A stretch of 64,000 nucleotides of DNA from an uncultured Muribaculaceae bacterium (GCA_964640305.1 CAZXFF010000003.1:5572-69571); one strand, 5' to 3'; positions 36,008 through 45,893 are shown, counted from the first letter of the stretch. The notes: a model not told the origin generated them from the letters alone. Translations and numbers: made by a program.

Positions 36008-36469
36008 ATGGCTTTAATCATTTCCCTTTCTATAATCGGACTGATACTCATTATCGTCGAGATTATACTTATTCCCGGTATTTTCATTACAGGCGTGCTA
36101 GGCCTTGCTGCCATAGTCGCATCATGCTACATATCCTTCACATCGTTCGGACAGACTGCCGGTATTATAGTTTCGTCAGCCAACATCGTTCTGGGAGTAA
36201 CATGCATTGTGCTTTCCCTCCGTTCAAAGACATGGCGTAAACTTTCCTTGAAAACCGAGATAGACAGCAAGACAGATTCCACTCCCGTAGACAAGGGCAT
36301 TGAAATCGGTTCTACAGGAAAGACAATTACACGCCTTAACCCCATGGGCAAAGCAATGTTCGGGGAAACGGCAGCCGAAGTAACTGCAAGGAACGGCATA
36401 ATAGACCCGAACAGTATAATCGAGGTAGTACTTATTGAAGACAATAAAATATATGTTAAATTAAAATAA
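36008..36469 (+). CDS. NfeD-family membrane protein
   Basis: 153 aa with N-terminal TM helices and a C-terminal OB-fold-like tail. It sits directly upstream of the flotillin-like gene. Confidence 0.7.
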   Translation: MALIISLSIIGLILIIVEIILIPGIFITGVLGLAAIVASCYISFTSFGQTAGIIVSSANIVLGVTCIVLSLRSKTWRKLSLKTEIDSKTDSTPVDKGIEIGSTGKTITRLNPMGKAMFGETAAEVTARNGIIDPNSIIEVVLIEDNKIYVKLK

Positions 36470-36476
36470 TACCAGT

Positions 36477-37436
36477 ATGACATCTTCTGCAATAATCATC
36501 CTATGGATAGCAGTGGCCGTAATCGGCCTTATTATTCTCCTGTGGTTCTTCCCTGTGACCCTATGGTTTCAGGCCCTGATTTCCGGAGTCCGGATATCAT
36601 TGATCCAGCTCGTTCTCATGAGATGGCGTAAGGTTCCCCCCGGAACAATCGTAATGGCAATGATAACAGGGACCAAGGCAGGATTGAGACTCGATGCAAA
36701 CGAACTTGAAGCACATTATCTGGCAAAAGGCAATGTCCCGAATGTGGTAAATGCCCTTATTTCTGCAGATAAGGCAAATATCGCATTGGATTTCAAGATG
36801 GCCGCTGCAATAGACCTTGCCGGAAGGGACGTATTTGAAGCTGTACAGATGTCAGTTAACCCCAAAGTCATAAACACCCCTCCTGTAACTGCCGTTGCAA
36901 AAGACGGTATCCAGCTCATCGCAAAGGCTAGGGTAACAGTACGTGCAAACATCAAACAGCTCGTGGGCGGTGCAGGTGAAGAGACCGTACTTGCAAGGGT
37001 CGGCGAGGGTATCGTATCAAGTATCGGTTCTTCTGAGTCTCACAAACAGGTTCTTGAAAATCCTGACTCCATTTCAAAGGTTGTACTTGCAAAAGGACTT
37101 GATGCAGGGACAGCATTCGAAATCCTGTCAATCGATATAGCGGATATCGATATAGGTAAAAACATCGGTGCAGTCCTGCAGATTGACCAGGCGAACGCAG
37201 ACAAGAACATTGCCCAGGCCCGTGCGGAAGAAAGACGTGCCATGGCTGTCGCCCAGGAACAGGAAATGAAAGCAAAAGCACAGGAGGCCCGTGCAAAAGT
37301 GATTGAAGCAGAAAAGGAAATACCCTTGGCTATGGCTGATGCTTTCAGATCAGGAAATCTCGGCATCATGGATTACTATAAAATCAAGAATATACAGGCT
37401 GACACAGAAATGAGAGAGAATATCGCAAAAGAATAG
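36477..37436 (+). CDS. floA: Flotillin-like protein FloA (SPFH/UPF0365 family)
   Basis: 319 aa with an N-terminal TM helix, [27 protein letters not shown], and an Ala/Glu-rich coiled tail. Confidence 0.85.
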   Translation: MTSSAIIILWIAVAVIGLIILLWFFPVTLWFQALISGVRISLIQLVLMRWRKVPPGTIVMAMITGTKAGLRLDANELEAHYLAKGNVPNVVNALISADKANIALDFKMAAAIDLAGRDVFEAVQMSVNPKVINTPPVTAVAKDGIQLIAKARVTVRANIKQLVGGAGEETVLARVGEGIVSSIGSSESHKQVLENPDSISKVVLAKGLDAGTAFEILSIDIADIDIGKNIGAVLQIDQANADKNIAQARAEERRAMAVAQEQEMKAKAQEARAKVIEAEKEIPLAMADAFRSGNLGIMDYYKIKNIQADTEMRENIAKE

Positions 37437-37497
37437 CCGGATTTCAAAATTTTTGAAAAAAATTTCGATTTGTAACACTTTTGTAACAATTCAAATA

Positions 37498-37505
37498 TAT
37501 TTTTG
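37498..37505 (+). promoter_or_regulatory. -7 box TATTTTTG in the floA 3' spacer (orphan promoter candidate)
   Basis: Perfect TAnnTTTG. No CDS follows before the terminator at 37571-37610. Confidence 0.35.
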
Positions 37506-37564
37506 CGCCCGGTTTTCAAAGTTAGTGATAAGGTTAGTAAATGTGATTAGCTTAGACTCTGTCT

Positions 37565-37611
37565 AAAAAAAGAGCGGGCCGCCCCGAAGGACGGTCCGCT
37601 CTTATTTTTTT
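37565..37611. terminator. Bidirectional rho-independent terminator (floA on plus, PepSY-like gene on minus)
   Basis: GC-rich stem AGAGCGGGCCG (37571-37581) / CGGTCCGCTCT (37592-37602) with one mismatch. It is flanked by A7 upstream and T8 downstream. Confidence 0.85.
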
Positions 37612-37619
37612 CACAAGAA

Positions 37620-38060
37620 CTAGTCATCAATATCAATAATATTGAAGGCCGTATCAAACGTCAGTTCAAGGTTGTTTGTAAGGGAGACCTCGATATCCCT
37701 TCTTCCCCGTTCTATGGATACTATCCGGACATCCGGGAAATTGCTGTTTACATAAGCCACTATCTGGGCTGGAACTATACCATCAGGAATAGCGGAATAC
37801 CTGCAGTCCACCTCTTTCCATTCTCCATTTTTGGAAAATTCGACTTTGATAGAATTCGCAAACAGGACCTCATATGTAACATCCATAAAGTCATGCTCTT
37901 CTTTTGCAAAGGAAACCTTCTGGTCGCTGAAATAAGTTGCTATGAACTTCTGCGCTTTTGCAGGCAACTGGTTCACATTAATGGGACGGTCATTATCCGC
38001 ACAGGCCACGCCAATACCGAGAAATAACGACAGAATGGCTGAAAACAATACTTTTTTCAT
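37620..38060 (-). CDS. PepSY-like (DUF2874-type) periplasmic protein
   Basis: The ATG at 38060 yields a signal peptide (MKKVLFSAILSLFLGIGVACA). Two PepSY-like repeats (LPAKAQKFIATYF, VPAQIVAYVNSNFP). Confidence 0.65.
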   Translation of the reverse strand: MKKVLFSAILSLFLGIGVACADNDRPINVNQLPAKAQKFIATYFSDQKVSFAKEEHDFMDVTYEVLFANSIKVEFSKNGEWKEVDCRYSAIPDGIVPAQIVAYVNSNFPDVRIVSIERGRRDIEVSLTNNLELTFDTAFNIIDIDD

Positions 38061-38133
38061 AATAAAACTTATTAAATTAAACACCGTAAATGATTATCAC
38101 GATGCAAAATTGACAACCAATTCTTAAGCGAAT

Positions 38134-39405
38134 TTAAAATTCCGGCCATTTTACGTAAAAATTATGGCGTTTTGCCTTAAATTCATATTGGATATCCAGA
38201 TTCCTGCTTTTGGCAATTGCTGCCACAATTGCCAGACCCAGGCCAGAAGCACCGCTGGCATTACCGGCTTTGTAAAAACGTTGGAAAATCCGGTTTTTAT
38301 CCAAAGGAGAGTCACCGTCATTGGAAACCGAGAAGAAACCAGGTGCAACTTTGACTTCTATACGACCTCCTTCCCTGGTATACATGAATGCGTTTTTCAG
38401 AAGATTGTTCACCAAAGACAAAGTCAAGGAATAGTCCATTGACTGGTTCTGGTTTTCGGGACCGTTGTAGAGACAATGCAGATTCTTATTCGAAAAAATC
38501 TCGGAGTACATGCCGATGCTTTCCCTAACCATACAAGCAAGATCTATGTCAGAACTGCCTGTATACTGATCGTTTTCTATCTTTGTAAGCAGCAGCAGAT
38601 CCCTGTTAAGACGGACCGCCTCCGTCAACGTTCTCTGCATACTGATCAGTTCCCCCGTCTGGATCTCGTTTAACTCCGTATTGTCCAGAAGCCATTCTAT
38701 CCTGTTGCCTATCACTGCTAAGGGAGTCTGGAGTTCATGTGAAGCATTGCCTATAAAATCCTTTTGAGCATTATAAGCCGCTTCAAACCTATCCATCGCA
38801 TACTGTACTGATCTGTTCAGACGCTCAAATTCTTTGACATTGGTTGTATTCTCCAGCCGCACATTGGATTGGCCGGCCTTATATGAATCCAGCCAGTCAA
38901 GAAGCCGGTAAAGAGGCTTCAGATTAGAATAAAAGACCAAAGCGGATACCGATATCATAAGCAATACCATAATCAGATACAATACCATAGTCCATATTGT
39001 CACCGAACGGATCAATTCATCCTTCTCGAAAGTGGAGGTGTAAGCCTTAAACACGTAATTACTGCCGTTGCTGTCACAGAAAACAATTCTCAAAACCCTG
39101 GCATTGTCCCGGCCGGTTGAAGGGAATACCTGCTGACTGTCATAATAGTGTATGTGAGGGATTGTTCTGGCAAAGTCTTCATTTACAGGAATAATGTCAT
39201 AAATTATACCTGACGGTAAAACATCCGGCATTTCTTTTCCAGCAAGAAACAGATAAATGATCGACTCGGAAAAAGACTCAAGTCTATCGTCGATATCGTC
39301 CTCCATTGCTTTTACCGTATTCAGATAAAAAAGTCCTCCCCACAGCAACATTACAGGGAACAACGCAGCTGCAAGACGTATAACCGTGCGGTACAGGAGT
39401 TTCAT
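38134..39405 (-). CDS. Sensor histidine kinase
   Basis: 423 aa with two TM helices, a HisKA H-box (SHELQTPL) and an HATPase_c domain with a G-box (GASGLGLAIV). Confidence 0.9.
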   Translation of the reverse strand: MKLLYRTVIRLAAALFPVMLLWGGLFYLNTVKAMEDDIDDRLESFSESIIYLFLAGKEMPDVLPSGIIYDIIPVNEDFARTIPHIHYYDSQQVFPSTGRDNARVLRIVFCDSNGSNYVFKAYTSTFEKDELIRSVTIWTMVLYLIMVLLMISVSALVFYSNLKPLYRLLDWLDSYKAGQSNVRLENTTNVKEFERLNRSVQYAMDRFEAAYNAQKDFIGNASHELQTPLAVIGNRIEWLLDNTELNEIQTGELISMQRTLTEAVRLNRDLLLLTKIENDQYTGSSDIDLACMVRESIGMYSEIFSNKNLHCLYNGPENQNQSMDYSLTLSLVNNLLKNAFMYTREGGRIEVKVAPGFFSVSNDGDSPLDKNRIFQRFYKAGNASGASGLGLAIVAAIAKSRNLDIQYEFKAKRHNFYVKWPEF

Positions 39406-40083
39406 TTGGGAGAAATCAGTTTATATCCGAAACCATAGATTGATCTGATTTCAATATCGGATCCTGATTCCTGCAGTTTTTTTTCTGAGATTTTTCATCT
39501 GTACATAAACAAAACCATAGTCATCCGACTGGCCGAGATGATCGCCCCAGACTGCCTCTGCCAAAGTAATCTTGTCAATTACATGGTTAGGTCTCTGCAT
39601 AAAATACAACAGAATATCAAACTCTTTCTTTAACAACTGGAGTTCGTTACCGTTCACTTCAACCTTACAGTTCTCTGGCTCAATGGATGTATTTCCCAGA
39701 TTAATCGAAAGACTGCCCCCCGTCATTCCTCGACGTAAAACTGTCTTTATTCTTGCCTTCAGTTCTGCCATATGGAATGGCTTTGCAAGATAATCGTCCG
39801 CTCCAATTTCAAGACCGGATATCTTGTCTTCAACGGAATCCTTTGCTGAGATTATTATCACATTATCTTTCTTGCGGAGTTTTTTCAAATGCTCAAGAAG
39901 AACCAGACCGTTGCCGTCCGGCAACATAATATCCAAAAGAATACAATCATAGCTATATCCGGATATTCTTGCATCCGCACTAGTGAAATCAGACACAGCC
40001 TCCACAATATATTTATCCTCAAGCAAAGCCCTTTGCATCAATTCCAGCAAAGATTTATCATCCTCAATTATGAGCAGTTTCAC
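39402..40083 (-). pseudogene. OmpR-family response regulator, frameshifted in an A8 tract (ORF as sequenced 39451..40083; restored frame ends at 39402)
   Basis: Receiver domain (LLIIEDD, DCILLDIMLPDG, KPF) plus a winged-helix domain. As sequenced the protein ends KNLRKKTAGIRIRY*. Deleting one A of the run gives LRKKLQESGSDIEIRSIYGFGYKLISPK*, with a stop overlapping the kinase ATG. Confidence 0.85.
39477..39484 (-). repeat. A8 homopolymer on the coding strand (T8 on the plus strand) at the frameshift site
   Basis: Counted directly: plus-strand T at 39477-39484. Confidence 0.95.
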
Positions 40084-40137
40084 GATAATGGCTTTTTATT
40101 ACAAAAAAAATATATATATTCGCAGCCTAAAACTTTT

Positions 40138-40210
40138 CGGGGTGTAGCGCAGTTGGTAGCGCACCTGCTTTGGGAGCAGGGGGTCATGGGTTCGAGTCCC
40201 GTTACCCCGA
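40138..40210 (+). tRNA. tRNA-Pro (anticodon TGG)
   Basis: Hand-folded cloverleaf. Acceptor is CGGGGTG/TACCCCG. D arm is GCGC-AGTTGGTA-GCGC. Anticodon stem CCTGC/GCAGG has loop TTTGGGA. T arm is ATGGG-TTCGAGT-CCCGT. Discriminator is A. Confidence 0.9.
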
Positions 40211-40221
40211 CAGAATCAAGG

Positions 40222-41205
40222 CTACTTTCCGTAGCTTCCGAATGATTTCATGAACTGGACACGCTCATACATCTCCGGATCAGGTATAGATGCATAACTG
40301 AGCCTGCCACATACATCTTTAAGGTTTTCAATATTGTTCTTTTCCATAAATGCGGAAATAGAATCATTGAAACCGGTTATGGATGAAATCCCGTTCCTGT
40401 ATATTACAGAACATATCTGGACAGACGAAGCCCCAGCAAGAATCATCTTGATTGCAGTCTCAGCCGAATGTATTCCTGTCGTCGCTGAAATATCCATATT
40501 CCTTACGGCAGAGGACAGTATGGCTGTCCAGCGCAACACTTCTGAATATTCGTTATCATGGGAAAGAGGGGCAGCAGGGACCAGATTGAAATTATCAAGA
40601 TCTATATCCGGTGTAAAGAAACGATTGAATATTACAACACCTTTTGCACCTGCTGAAGAAAGACGGCTGACAAAACCGGGAATTGCCGTAAAATGCCTCC
40701 CAATCTTGACTGACACCGGGATTTTCAGTTCAGATACGATATCCCTTACTATTTTCAGATATGAATCCTCAATCTCAGAAGAGGTCATGGAAGGTTTTGT
40801 AACCTGCTCATAGAGGTTAAGTTCCAAAGCATCTGCACCGGCTCCTTCAATTTCCTTGGCATATTCTACCCACTCTCCCTGACTATAGCAATTTATGCTG
40901 GCTATTACCGGGATCGTTACAGAATCCTTTATATTACGGATATTGCCCGAATACTTTCCAAGCGAATTGCTTCTCACATATGCATGCAGATAATCTTCCA
41001 TTTCCGGATAGGACTGTCCGGCACTGGAGAGAAATTCGACTTCATTCCTGATCTGTTCTTCAAACAGGGACTTGATGACCACAGCCCCTGCCCCGGCATT
41101 CTGCATTTCCTTGACTTTAGCAGGATCTGAAGTAAGAGAACAGCTGCTTACTATTATCGGACTGTGCAGATCCAGCCCTAAATAACTTACATTTAAATTA
41201 GCCAT
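40222..41205 (-). CDS. Dihydroorotate dehydrogenase-like (class 1 PyrD/PreA family) flavoprotein
   Basis: 327 aa TIM-barrel pattern (LDLHSPIIVSSCSLT, GAGAVVIKSLFEE, ADALELNLY, GIHSAETAIKMILAGASSVQICS). Confidence 0.6.
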   Translation of the reverse strand: MANLNVSYLGLDLHSPIIVSSCSLTSDPAKVKEMQNAGAGAVVIKSLFEEQIRNEVEFLSSAGQSYPEMEDYLHAYVRSNSLGKYSGNIRNIKDSVTIPVIASINCYSQGEWVEYAKEIEGAGADALELNLYEQVTKPSMTSSEIEDSYLKIVRDIVSELKIPVSVKIGRHFTAIPGFVSRLSSAGAKGVVIFNRFFTPDIDLDNFNLVPAAPLSHDNEYSEVLRWTAILSSAVRNMDISATTGIHSAETAIKMILAGASSVQICSVIYRNGISSITGFNDSISAFMEKNNIENLKDVCGRLSYASIPDPEMYERVQFMKSFGSYGK

Positions 41206-41215
41206 ATCCTTCTTT

Positions 41216-42772
41216 TTATTTCAATCCTATAGGATTCAATTTACCTAACACTGATTTGAAAGAAGTCCTTTCCTTTATTATGCTGCTTAGCTGACTTACT
41301 GGTATACGCTCCTGGTGCATTGTATCTCGATCCCTTATAGTCACGCAGTTATCCTTTAACGTATCGTGGTCTACAGTTATACAGTATGGCGTTCCGATAG
41401 CATCCTGCCTGCGATATCTCTTTCCGATACTGTCTTTTTCATCATACTGGCAGTTGAATTCGAATTTCAGCGAATCCATGATAGAACGTGCCACTTCCGG
41501 CAGACCGTCTTTCTTGACAAGCGGCAGCACTGCCAGCTTCACAGGTGCCAGGACAGGGGGAATGCGCAGGACTACCCTTTCTTCTCCGTTTTCCAGCTTT
41601 TCCTCACAATATGCAGCAGAAAGGACTGCCAGGAACATCCTGTCCAGACCAATGGATGTCTCGATTACATACGGTACATAGCTTTCTCCTGTCTCGGAAT
41701 CAAAATACTGGATCTTCTTGCCGGAGAACTTCTGGTGGTTACCCAGATCGAAATCGGTTCTGGAATGGATTCCTTCCAGTTCCTTGAAACCGAAAGGGAA
41801 TTCGAATTCTATATCTGTAGCTGCATTTGCGTAATGCGCAAGCTTCTCATGATCATGGAAGCGGTACTTTCCATCTCCCAATCCGAGTGCCTTATGCCAC
41901 TGGAGTCTGGTCTCTTTCCATTTTGCAAACCATTTCAGTTCTTCCCCTGGACGTACGAAAAACTGCATTTCCATCTGCTCGAATTCTCTCATGCGGAAGA
42001 TGAACTGCCTGGCAACAATCTCATTCCTGAAGGCTTTTCCGGTCTGCGCTATACCGAACGGTATTTTCATCCTGCCTGTTTTCTGAACATTCAGGAAATT
42101 GACAAAAATACCCTGGGCTGTCTCCGGGCGCAGATATATGATACCGTCCTCCCCGGAAATATTTCCCAACTGGGTGCTGAACATGAGGTTGAACTGCCGC
42201 ACTTCCGTCCAGTTCCTCGATCCGGATATGGGACATGCTATTTCACAATCAACTATTATGTTCCTCAACTCCTGAAGATCGTTTGCATTCAGCGCCGCAG
42301 CCATCCTGCCGCGAACTTTTTCCGCCTTTTCCACATTCCTCAATACATTGGGATTAGTGGAACGGAACTGCGCTTCATCAAAGTTCTCTCCGAATTTACG
42401 GCGCCCTTTCTCCACTTCCTTTTCAATCTTTTCTTCGATTTTTGCAATATAATCCTCTATCAGAACGTCCGCACGATACCTTTTCTTCGAATCTTTATTG
42501 TCAATCAGCGGATCATTGAATGCTCCGACGTGCCCGGATGCCTGCCATATTTTAGGATGCATGAAAATGGCAGAATCGATTCCTACAATATTTTCGTTGA
42601 GACGGACCATTGCATCCCACCAGTATCGCTTGATATTGTTTTTCAGTTCGACTCCCATCTGGCCATAATCATACACAGCACTTAAACCATCATAAATCTC
42701 GCTCGAAGGGAAAATGAACCCATACTCTTTTGCATGAGCTGTAAGCTGTTTGAAAACTTCTTCTTGTGTCAT
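41216..42772 (-). CDS. glyQS: Glycine--tRNA ligase (dimeric class II)
   Basis: 518 aa from the ATG at 42772 (MTQEEVFKQL), with GFIFPSSEIYDG and the class II motifs. A -7 box 22 nt upstream supports this start. Confidence 0.92.
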   Translation of the reverse strand: MTQEEVFKQLTAHAKEYGFIFPSSEIYDGLSAVYDYGQMGVELKNNIKRYWWDAMVRLNENIVGIDSAIFMHPKIWQASGHVGAFNDPLIDNKDSKKRYRADVLIEDYIAKIEEKIEKEVEKGRRKFGENFDEAQFRSTNPNVLRNVEKAEKVRGRMAAALNANDLQELRNIIVDCEIACPISGSRNWTEVRQFNLMFSTQLGNISGEDGIIYLRPETAQGIFVNFLNVQKTGRMKIPFGIAQTGKAFRNEIVARQFIFRMREFEQMEMQFFVRPGEELKWFAKWKETRLQWHKALGLGDGKYRFHDHEKLAHYANAATDIEFEFPFGFKELEGIHSRTDFDLGNHQKFSGKKIQYFDSETGESYVPYVIETSIGLDRMFLAVLSAAYCEEKLENGEERVVLRIPPVLAPVKLAVLPLVKKDGLPEVARSIMDSLKFEFNCQYDEKDSIGKRYRRQDAIGTPYCITVDHDTLKDNCVTIRDRDTMHQERIPVSQLSSIIKERTSFKSVLGKLNPIGLK

Positions 42773-42794
42773 ATCGCAAATCCTATTAATTTTG

Positions 42795-42802
42795 CAAAAA
42801 TA
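42795..42802 (-). promoter_or_regulatory. -7 box TATTTTTG for glyQS
   Basis: Perfect TAnnTTTG on the minus strand, 22 nt upstream of the ATG at 42772. Confidence 0.55.
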
Positions 42803-42815
42803 ACGATTTATTTCA

Positions 42816-42823
42816 TACTTTTG
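42816..42823 (+). promoter_or_regulatory. -7 box TACTTTTG for the DsbD-like gene
   Basis: Perfect TAnnTTTG 23 nt upstream of the ATG at 42847. A second match, TAATTTTG, lies at 42787-42794. Confidence 0.5.
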
Positions 42824-42846
42824 GCGCACAATTAATAATTTAAACC

Positions 42847-44694
42847 ATGAATTTTAAAAGTCTAGTACTCCTCGCGGTATTTTCGTTTTTATCGCTGAGT
42901 CTCAACGCACAAGGTGTGGCATCAGTAAAAACTTCCTACAATGTTCTCTCGGATGGTAACATTGAAGTCTCCTTCACCATGGAAGTTCAGGACGGATGGT
43001 ATGTCTATAGTACGGAAAAAGTTTCCGGAGGTCCTATGCCAACATCATTCTATGCTGACGGAAGTCAGGATTACGAACTTGTCGGCAGCCTCTTTGATGC
43101 CGAAAAGGCACATGTAAAACTCGACGAAGGATTCCAGCTCGAAGTCGGATATTTCGAAGGTACGGCTGTTTTCAAACAGATAATCAAGCCACTCACAGGC
43201 AAAGCATTTACATTGAACGGATTGCTGGAATACCAGACCTGCAACGGCGGAGAGTGCCTTCTCAATGACAACGAGATATCCCTGTCTGTAAATCCTTCAT
43301 CCGAAGCGGTTGCAGCTGCTTCCCCTGAAAAACAGGAACCCGCAGCAGGAGGTTCGTCCATTTGGGGATTTCTGCTCATAGCATTCCTGGCCGGGCTTGG
43401 AGGAGTAATAACCCCTTGCGTATTCCCTATGATTCCCATGACGGTAGGATTCCTGATCGGAGGTTCCAGCACAAGTAAGGCAGGAATTGTGAAAGGCCTT
43501 ATTTTCGGTCTTTCCATAATCCTGCTTTATACGGTTCTAGGACTCGTTGTTTCCCTTTTCCAGAGCACTGCAGCAACAGACGCCATCGGAACCCACTGGA
43601 TTCCCAATCTTATATTCGCACTTCTGTTCCTGGTATTTGCCGTATCATTCCTCGGAGCATTCGAAATCACACTCCCCAACGGGCTAGCAAACAAAGCTGA
43701 CAGAAAAGCGGACAACGGCGGATATATCGCAGCTTTCTTCGTTGCTCTTGCGATGGTAATCGTTTCATTCTCATGCACAGGTCCGTTCGTAGGTTCAATT
43801 CTGGCAGCAGCCGTAATTGACGGAGTAGCCCTCAAGCCTATCCTAGGAATGGCAGTATTCGGATTCGCATTCTCCCTTCCTTTCGTTGTACTGTCTTTCT
43901 TCCCCGGTGTTATGAAAAAACTCCCCAAATCAGGCGGATGGCTAAATGTCGTAAAGGTTGTGTTTGCTTTTGTAATGCTTGCATTTGCAATGAAATTCCT
44001 CTACAACATCGACGCTTATTTCGGATGGGGAATAATCACACGTCTCGGATTCATTGCCGTCTGGATTACCCTTGCATTCCTTCTCGGCCTGTACTTCCTC
44101 GGGCTGTTCCGCACAAACCATGATACTCCCATTGAAGGTGCGGGTTGGGGCAGGACAATAGCTGCAATCGTATGCTTTGCGTTCATGTTCTACCTTATTC
44201 CTGGACTGTTCGGTGCACAGCTTCAGAGCATTTCCGGTCTTATTCCACCACAGGACGGCTCTACAATCGTATTGTCATCCGGCACCTCACAGGCATCCTC
44301 CGGATCTGCAGAAACATCCTCTGCATACTCAGCCCTACCCCACCACAACAATCTGGAAGATGCACTGAAAGAAAGTGCAGAGACAGGGAAACCGGTTTTC
44401 ATCTCTTTTAAATCCCACACATGCAGCGTATGCAAGGTAATGGAGGCAACCGTACTTAACGAAGCGGAAGTAATTGCAAAACTGAACGGTTTCGTGATTG
44501 CAAACCTCTATGTGGATGACAAGACACCGGATACTGAATTCAAAACCCTGGGCAGAAGGTTCAGAGATTATGAAATGAAGACTTTTGCATCTGCATCCCA
44601 GCCGCTCTATGCGGTTATTGACAAAGACGGCAAAGTCCTTTCAGGTCCTATCGGAAGCTGCTCTAAAGAAGAGTTCCTAGCCTTTCTGAAGTAA
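42847..44694 (+). CDS. DsbD/CcdA-family thiol:disulfide interchange (protein-disulfide reductase) membrane protein
   Basis: 615 aa. N-terminal periplasmic domain with CNGGEC, a central CcdA-like TM core (ITPCVFPMIPMT, SFSCTGPFVG) and a C-terminal thioredoxin domain with CSVC. Confidence 0.75.
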   Translation: MNFKSLVLLAVFSFLSLSLNAQGVASVKTSYNVLSDGNIEVSFTMEVQDGWYVYSTEKVSGGPMPTSFYADGSQDYELVGSLFDAEKAHVKLDEGFQLEVGYFEGTAVFKQIIKPLTGKAFTLNGLLEYQTCNGGECLLNDNEISLSVNPSSEAVAAASPEKQEPAAGGSSIWGFLLIAFLAGLGGVITPCVFPMIPMTVGFLIGGSSTSKAGIVKGLIFGLSIILLYTVLGLVVSLFQSTAATDAIGTHWIPNLIFALLFLVFAVSFLGAFEITLPNGLANKADRKADNGGYIAAFFVALAMVIVSFSCTGPFVGSILAAAVIDGVALKPILGMAVFGFAFSLPFVVLSFFPGVMKKLPKSGGWLNVVKVVFAFVMLAFAMKFLYNIDAYFGWGIITRLGFIAVWITLAFLLGLYFLGLFRTNHDTPIEGAGWGRTIAAIVCFAFMFYLIPGLFGAQLQSISGLIPPQDGSTIVLSSGTSQASSGSAETSSAYSALPHHNNLEDALKESAETGKPVFISFKSHTCSVCKVMEATVLNEAEVIAKLNGFVIANLYVDDKTPDTEFKTLGRRFRDYEMKTFASASQPLYAVIDKDGKVLSGPIGSCSKEEFLAFLK

Positions 44695-45138
44695 TTGGGA
44701 AATCAGTGTTTTTGCATAATCCCTCTCCTCTATCTGGGGATGAGGGATTTTTAAATGCGGTAGATCGACAGTCCTGTCTCCATAAAGGACTATATCTATA
44801 TCTATTATCCTGGAATGGTACACCCGGTGGCCGTCCGCGTCATACTCAGGTCCGGAATCCGAACGTCCCATTTTCCTCTCTACATATTTGCAGACTTCAA
44901 GCAGCGGTTCAGGCGGACAGGTTGTTTCAAACGATATGGCCTGATTGCAGAATGGAGTATCACACTGGAATCCCCAAGGTTCATTCTCCAGGATTTCTGA
45001 CTCCTGGACGTCTGAAAAGAGATATGGGGCCAGCTCTGTAACCAAGAGGGAAACGGCAATCCGGAGATTCCTTTTGCGGTCACCCATATTGCTGCCCAGA
45101 ATAAGATAAACGCGAACGGGTTCTTTCTCAGGAATCAT
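44677..45138 (-). CDS. folK: 2-amino-4-hydroxy-6-hydroxymethyldihydropteridine diphosphokinase
   Basis: 153 aa with YLILGSNMGDR, EPWGF, RIIDIDIVLYGD and IPHPQIEERDY. Confidence 0.85.
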   Translation of the reverse strand: MIPEKEPVRVYLILGSNMGDRKRNLRIAVSLLVTELAPYLFSDVQESEILENEPWGFQCDTPFCNQAISFETTCPPEPLLEVCKYVERKMGRSDSGPEYDADGHRVYHSRIIDIDIVLYGDRTVDLPHLKIPHPQIEERDYAKTLISQLLQKG

Positions 45139-45452
45139 AGCAGTCCAAGTTCCAACAATGCCTCATCACTCATTCTGGATTTATCCCAGGGAGGATCAAA
45201 AGTAATTTCGATAGATACATCGGTCACCCCTGGAGTATCAGCAACGGCATTGTGCACATCCTCTATCAACTGATCAGCCATGGGGCAATTCGGTGCTGTA
45301 AGAGTCATTTTTATCGAGACCTTATGGTCATCATCAATGGAAATGTCATATATAAGTCCCAGTTCATATATGTTGACAGGGATTTCCGGGTCATATATCT
45401 GCCTGAGCGCCCGTACTATATCTCTGGTGAGAGTGTTTTTGTCCATAGTCAT
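45135..45452 (-). CDS. DUF59/SufT-like Fe-S cluster assembly protein
   Basis: 105 aa with YDPEIPVNIYELGLIY and TLTAPNCPMA. Confidence 0.8.
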   Translation of the reverse strand: MTMDKNTLTRDIVRALRQIYDPEIPVNIYELGLIYDISIDDDHKVSIKMTLTAPNCPMADQLIEDVHNAVADTPGVTDVSIEITFDPPWDKSRMSDEALLELGLL

Positions 45453-45458
45453 TATCAG

Positions 45459-45875
45459 TTAGTTCTTGTATTTCATCGCATCAGCACGTATCTGGTCTAT
45501 CATTGCAACAAGCCCGTTTGCACGTGTTGGAGAAAGGTTTTCCAGCAAGCCTATCCGGGCAATGAAATCATTGTCAGAATCCAGAATCTCATCTGGTGTC
45601 CTGCCATTGTAAACACGGATAAGAAGCGAGATTATTCCTTTTGTTATGATTGCATCACTGTCCGAAGTGAAGAACAGCTTACCATCCCTGTATTCTGTAT
45701 CAAGCCAGACTCTGGACTGGCATCCCTTAATAAGATTCGAGTCGTTCTTTCTGGATTCGGATATAACCGGCATTGTCTTACCCAGTTCGATTATATACTC
45801 GTATTTGTCCATCCAGTCTTCAAAAGCCGCAAACTCTTCGACAACTTCTGCCTGTATTTCCTTGATTGTACTCAT
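45459..45875 (-). CDS. sufE: SufE-like cysteine desulfuration (sulfur acceptor) protein
   Basis: 138 aa with the conserved GCQSRVWL cysteine loop. Confidence 0.85.
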   Translation of the reverse strand: MSTIKEIQAEVVEEFAAFEDWMDKYEYIIELGKTMPVISESRKNDSNLIKGCQSRVWLDTEYRDGKLFFTSDSDAIITKGIISLLIRVYNGRTPDEILDSDNDFIARIGLLENLSPTRANGLVAMIDQIRADAMKYKN

Positions 45876-45893
45876 ATTATATTACAAAGCAAA

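Noticed and set aside
36008-37436. NfeD plus SPFH/flotillin gene pair considered as a candidate unusual system.
   Set aside because: This is the well-known, widely conserved nfeD-floA (yqeZ-yqfA type) operon. Nothing atypical was seen.
41366-42685. 439-aa ORF antisense to glyQS.
   Set aside because: It is fully contained in the opposite strand of an unambiguous glycyl-tRNA synthetase gene. The sequence is low-complexity and no start context is present.
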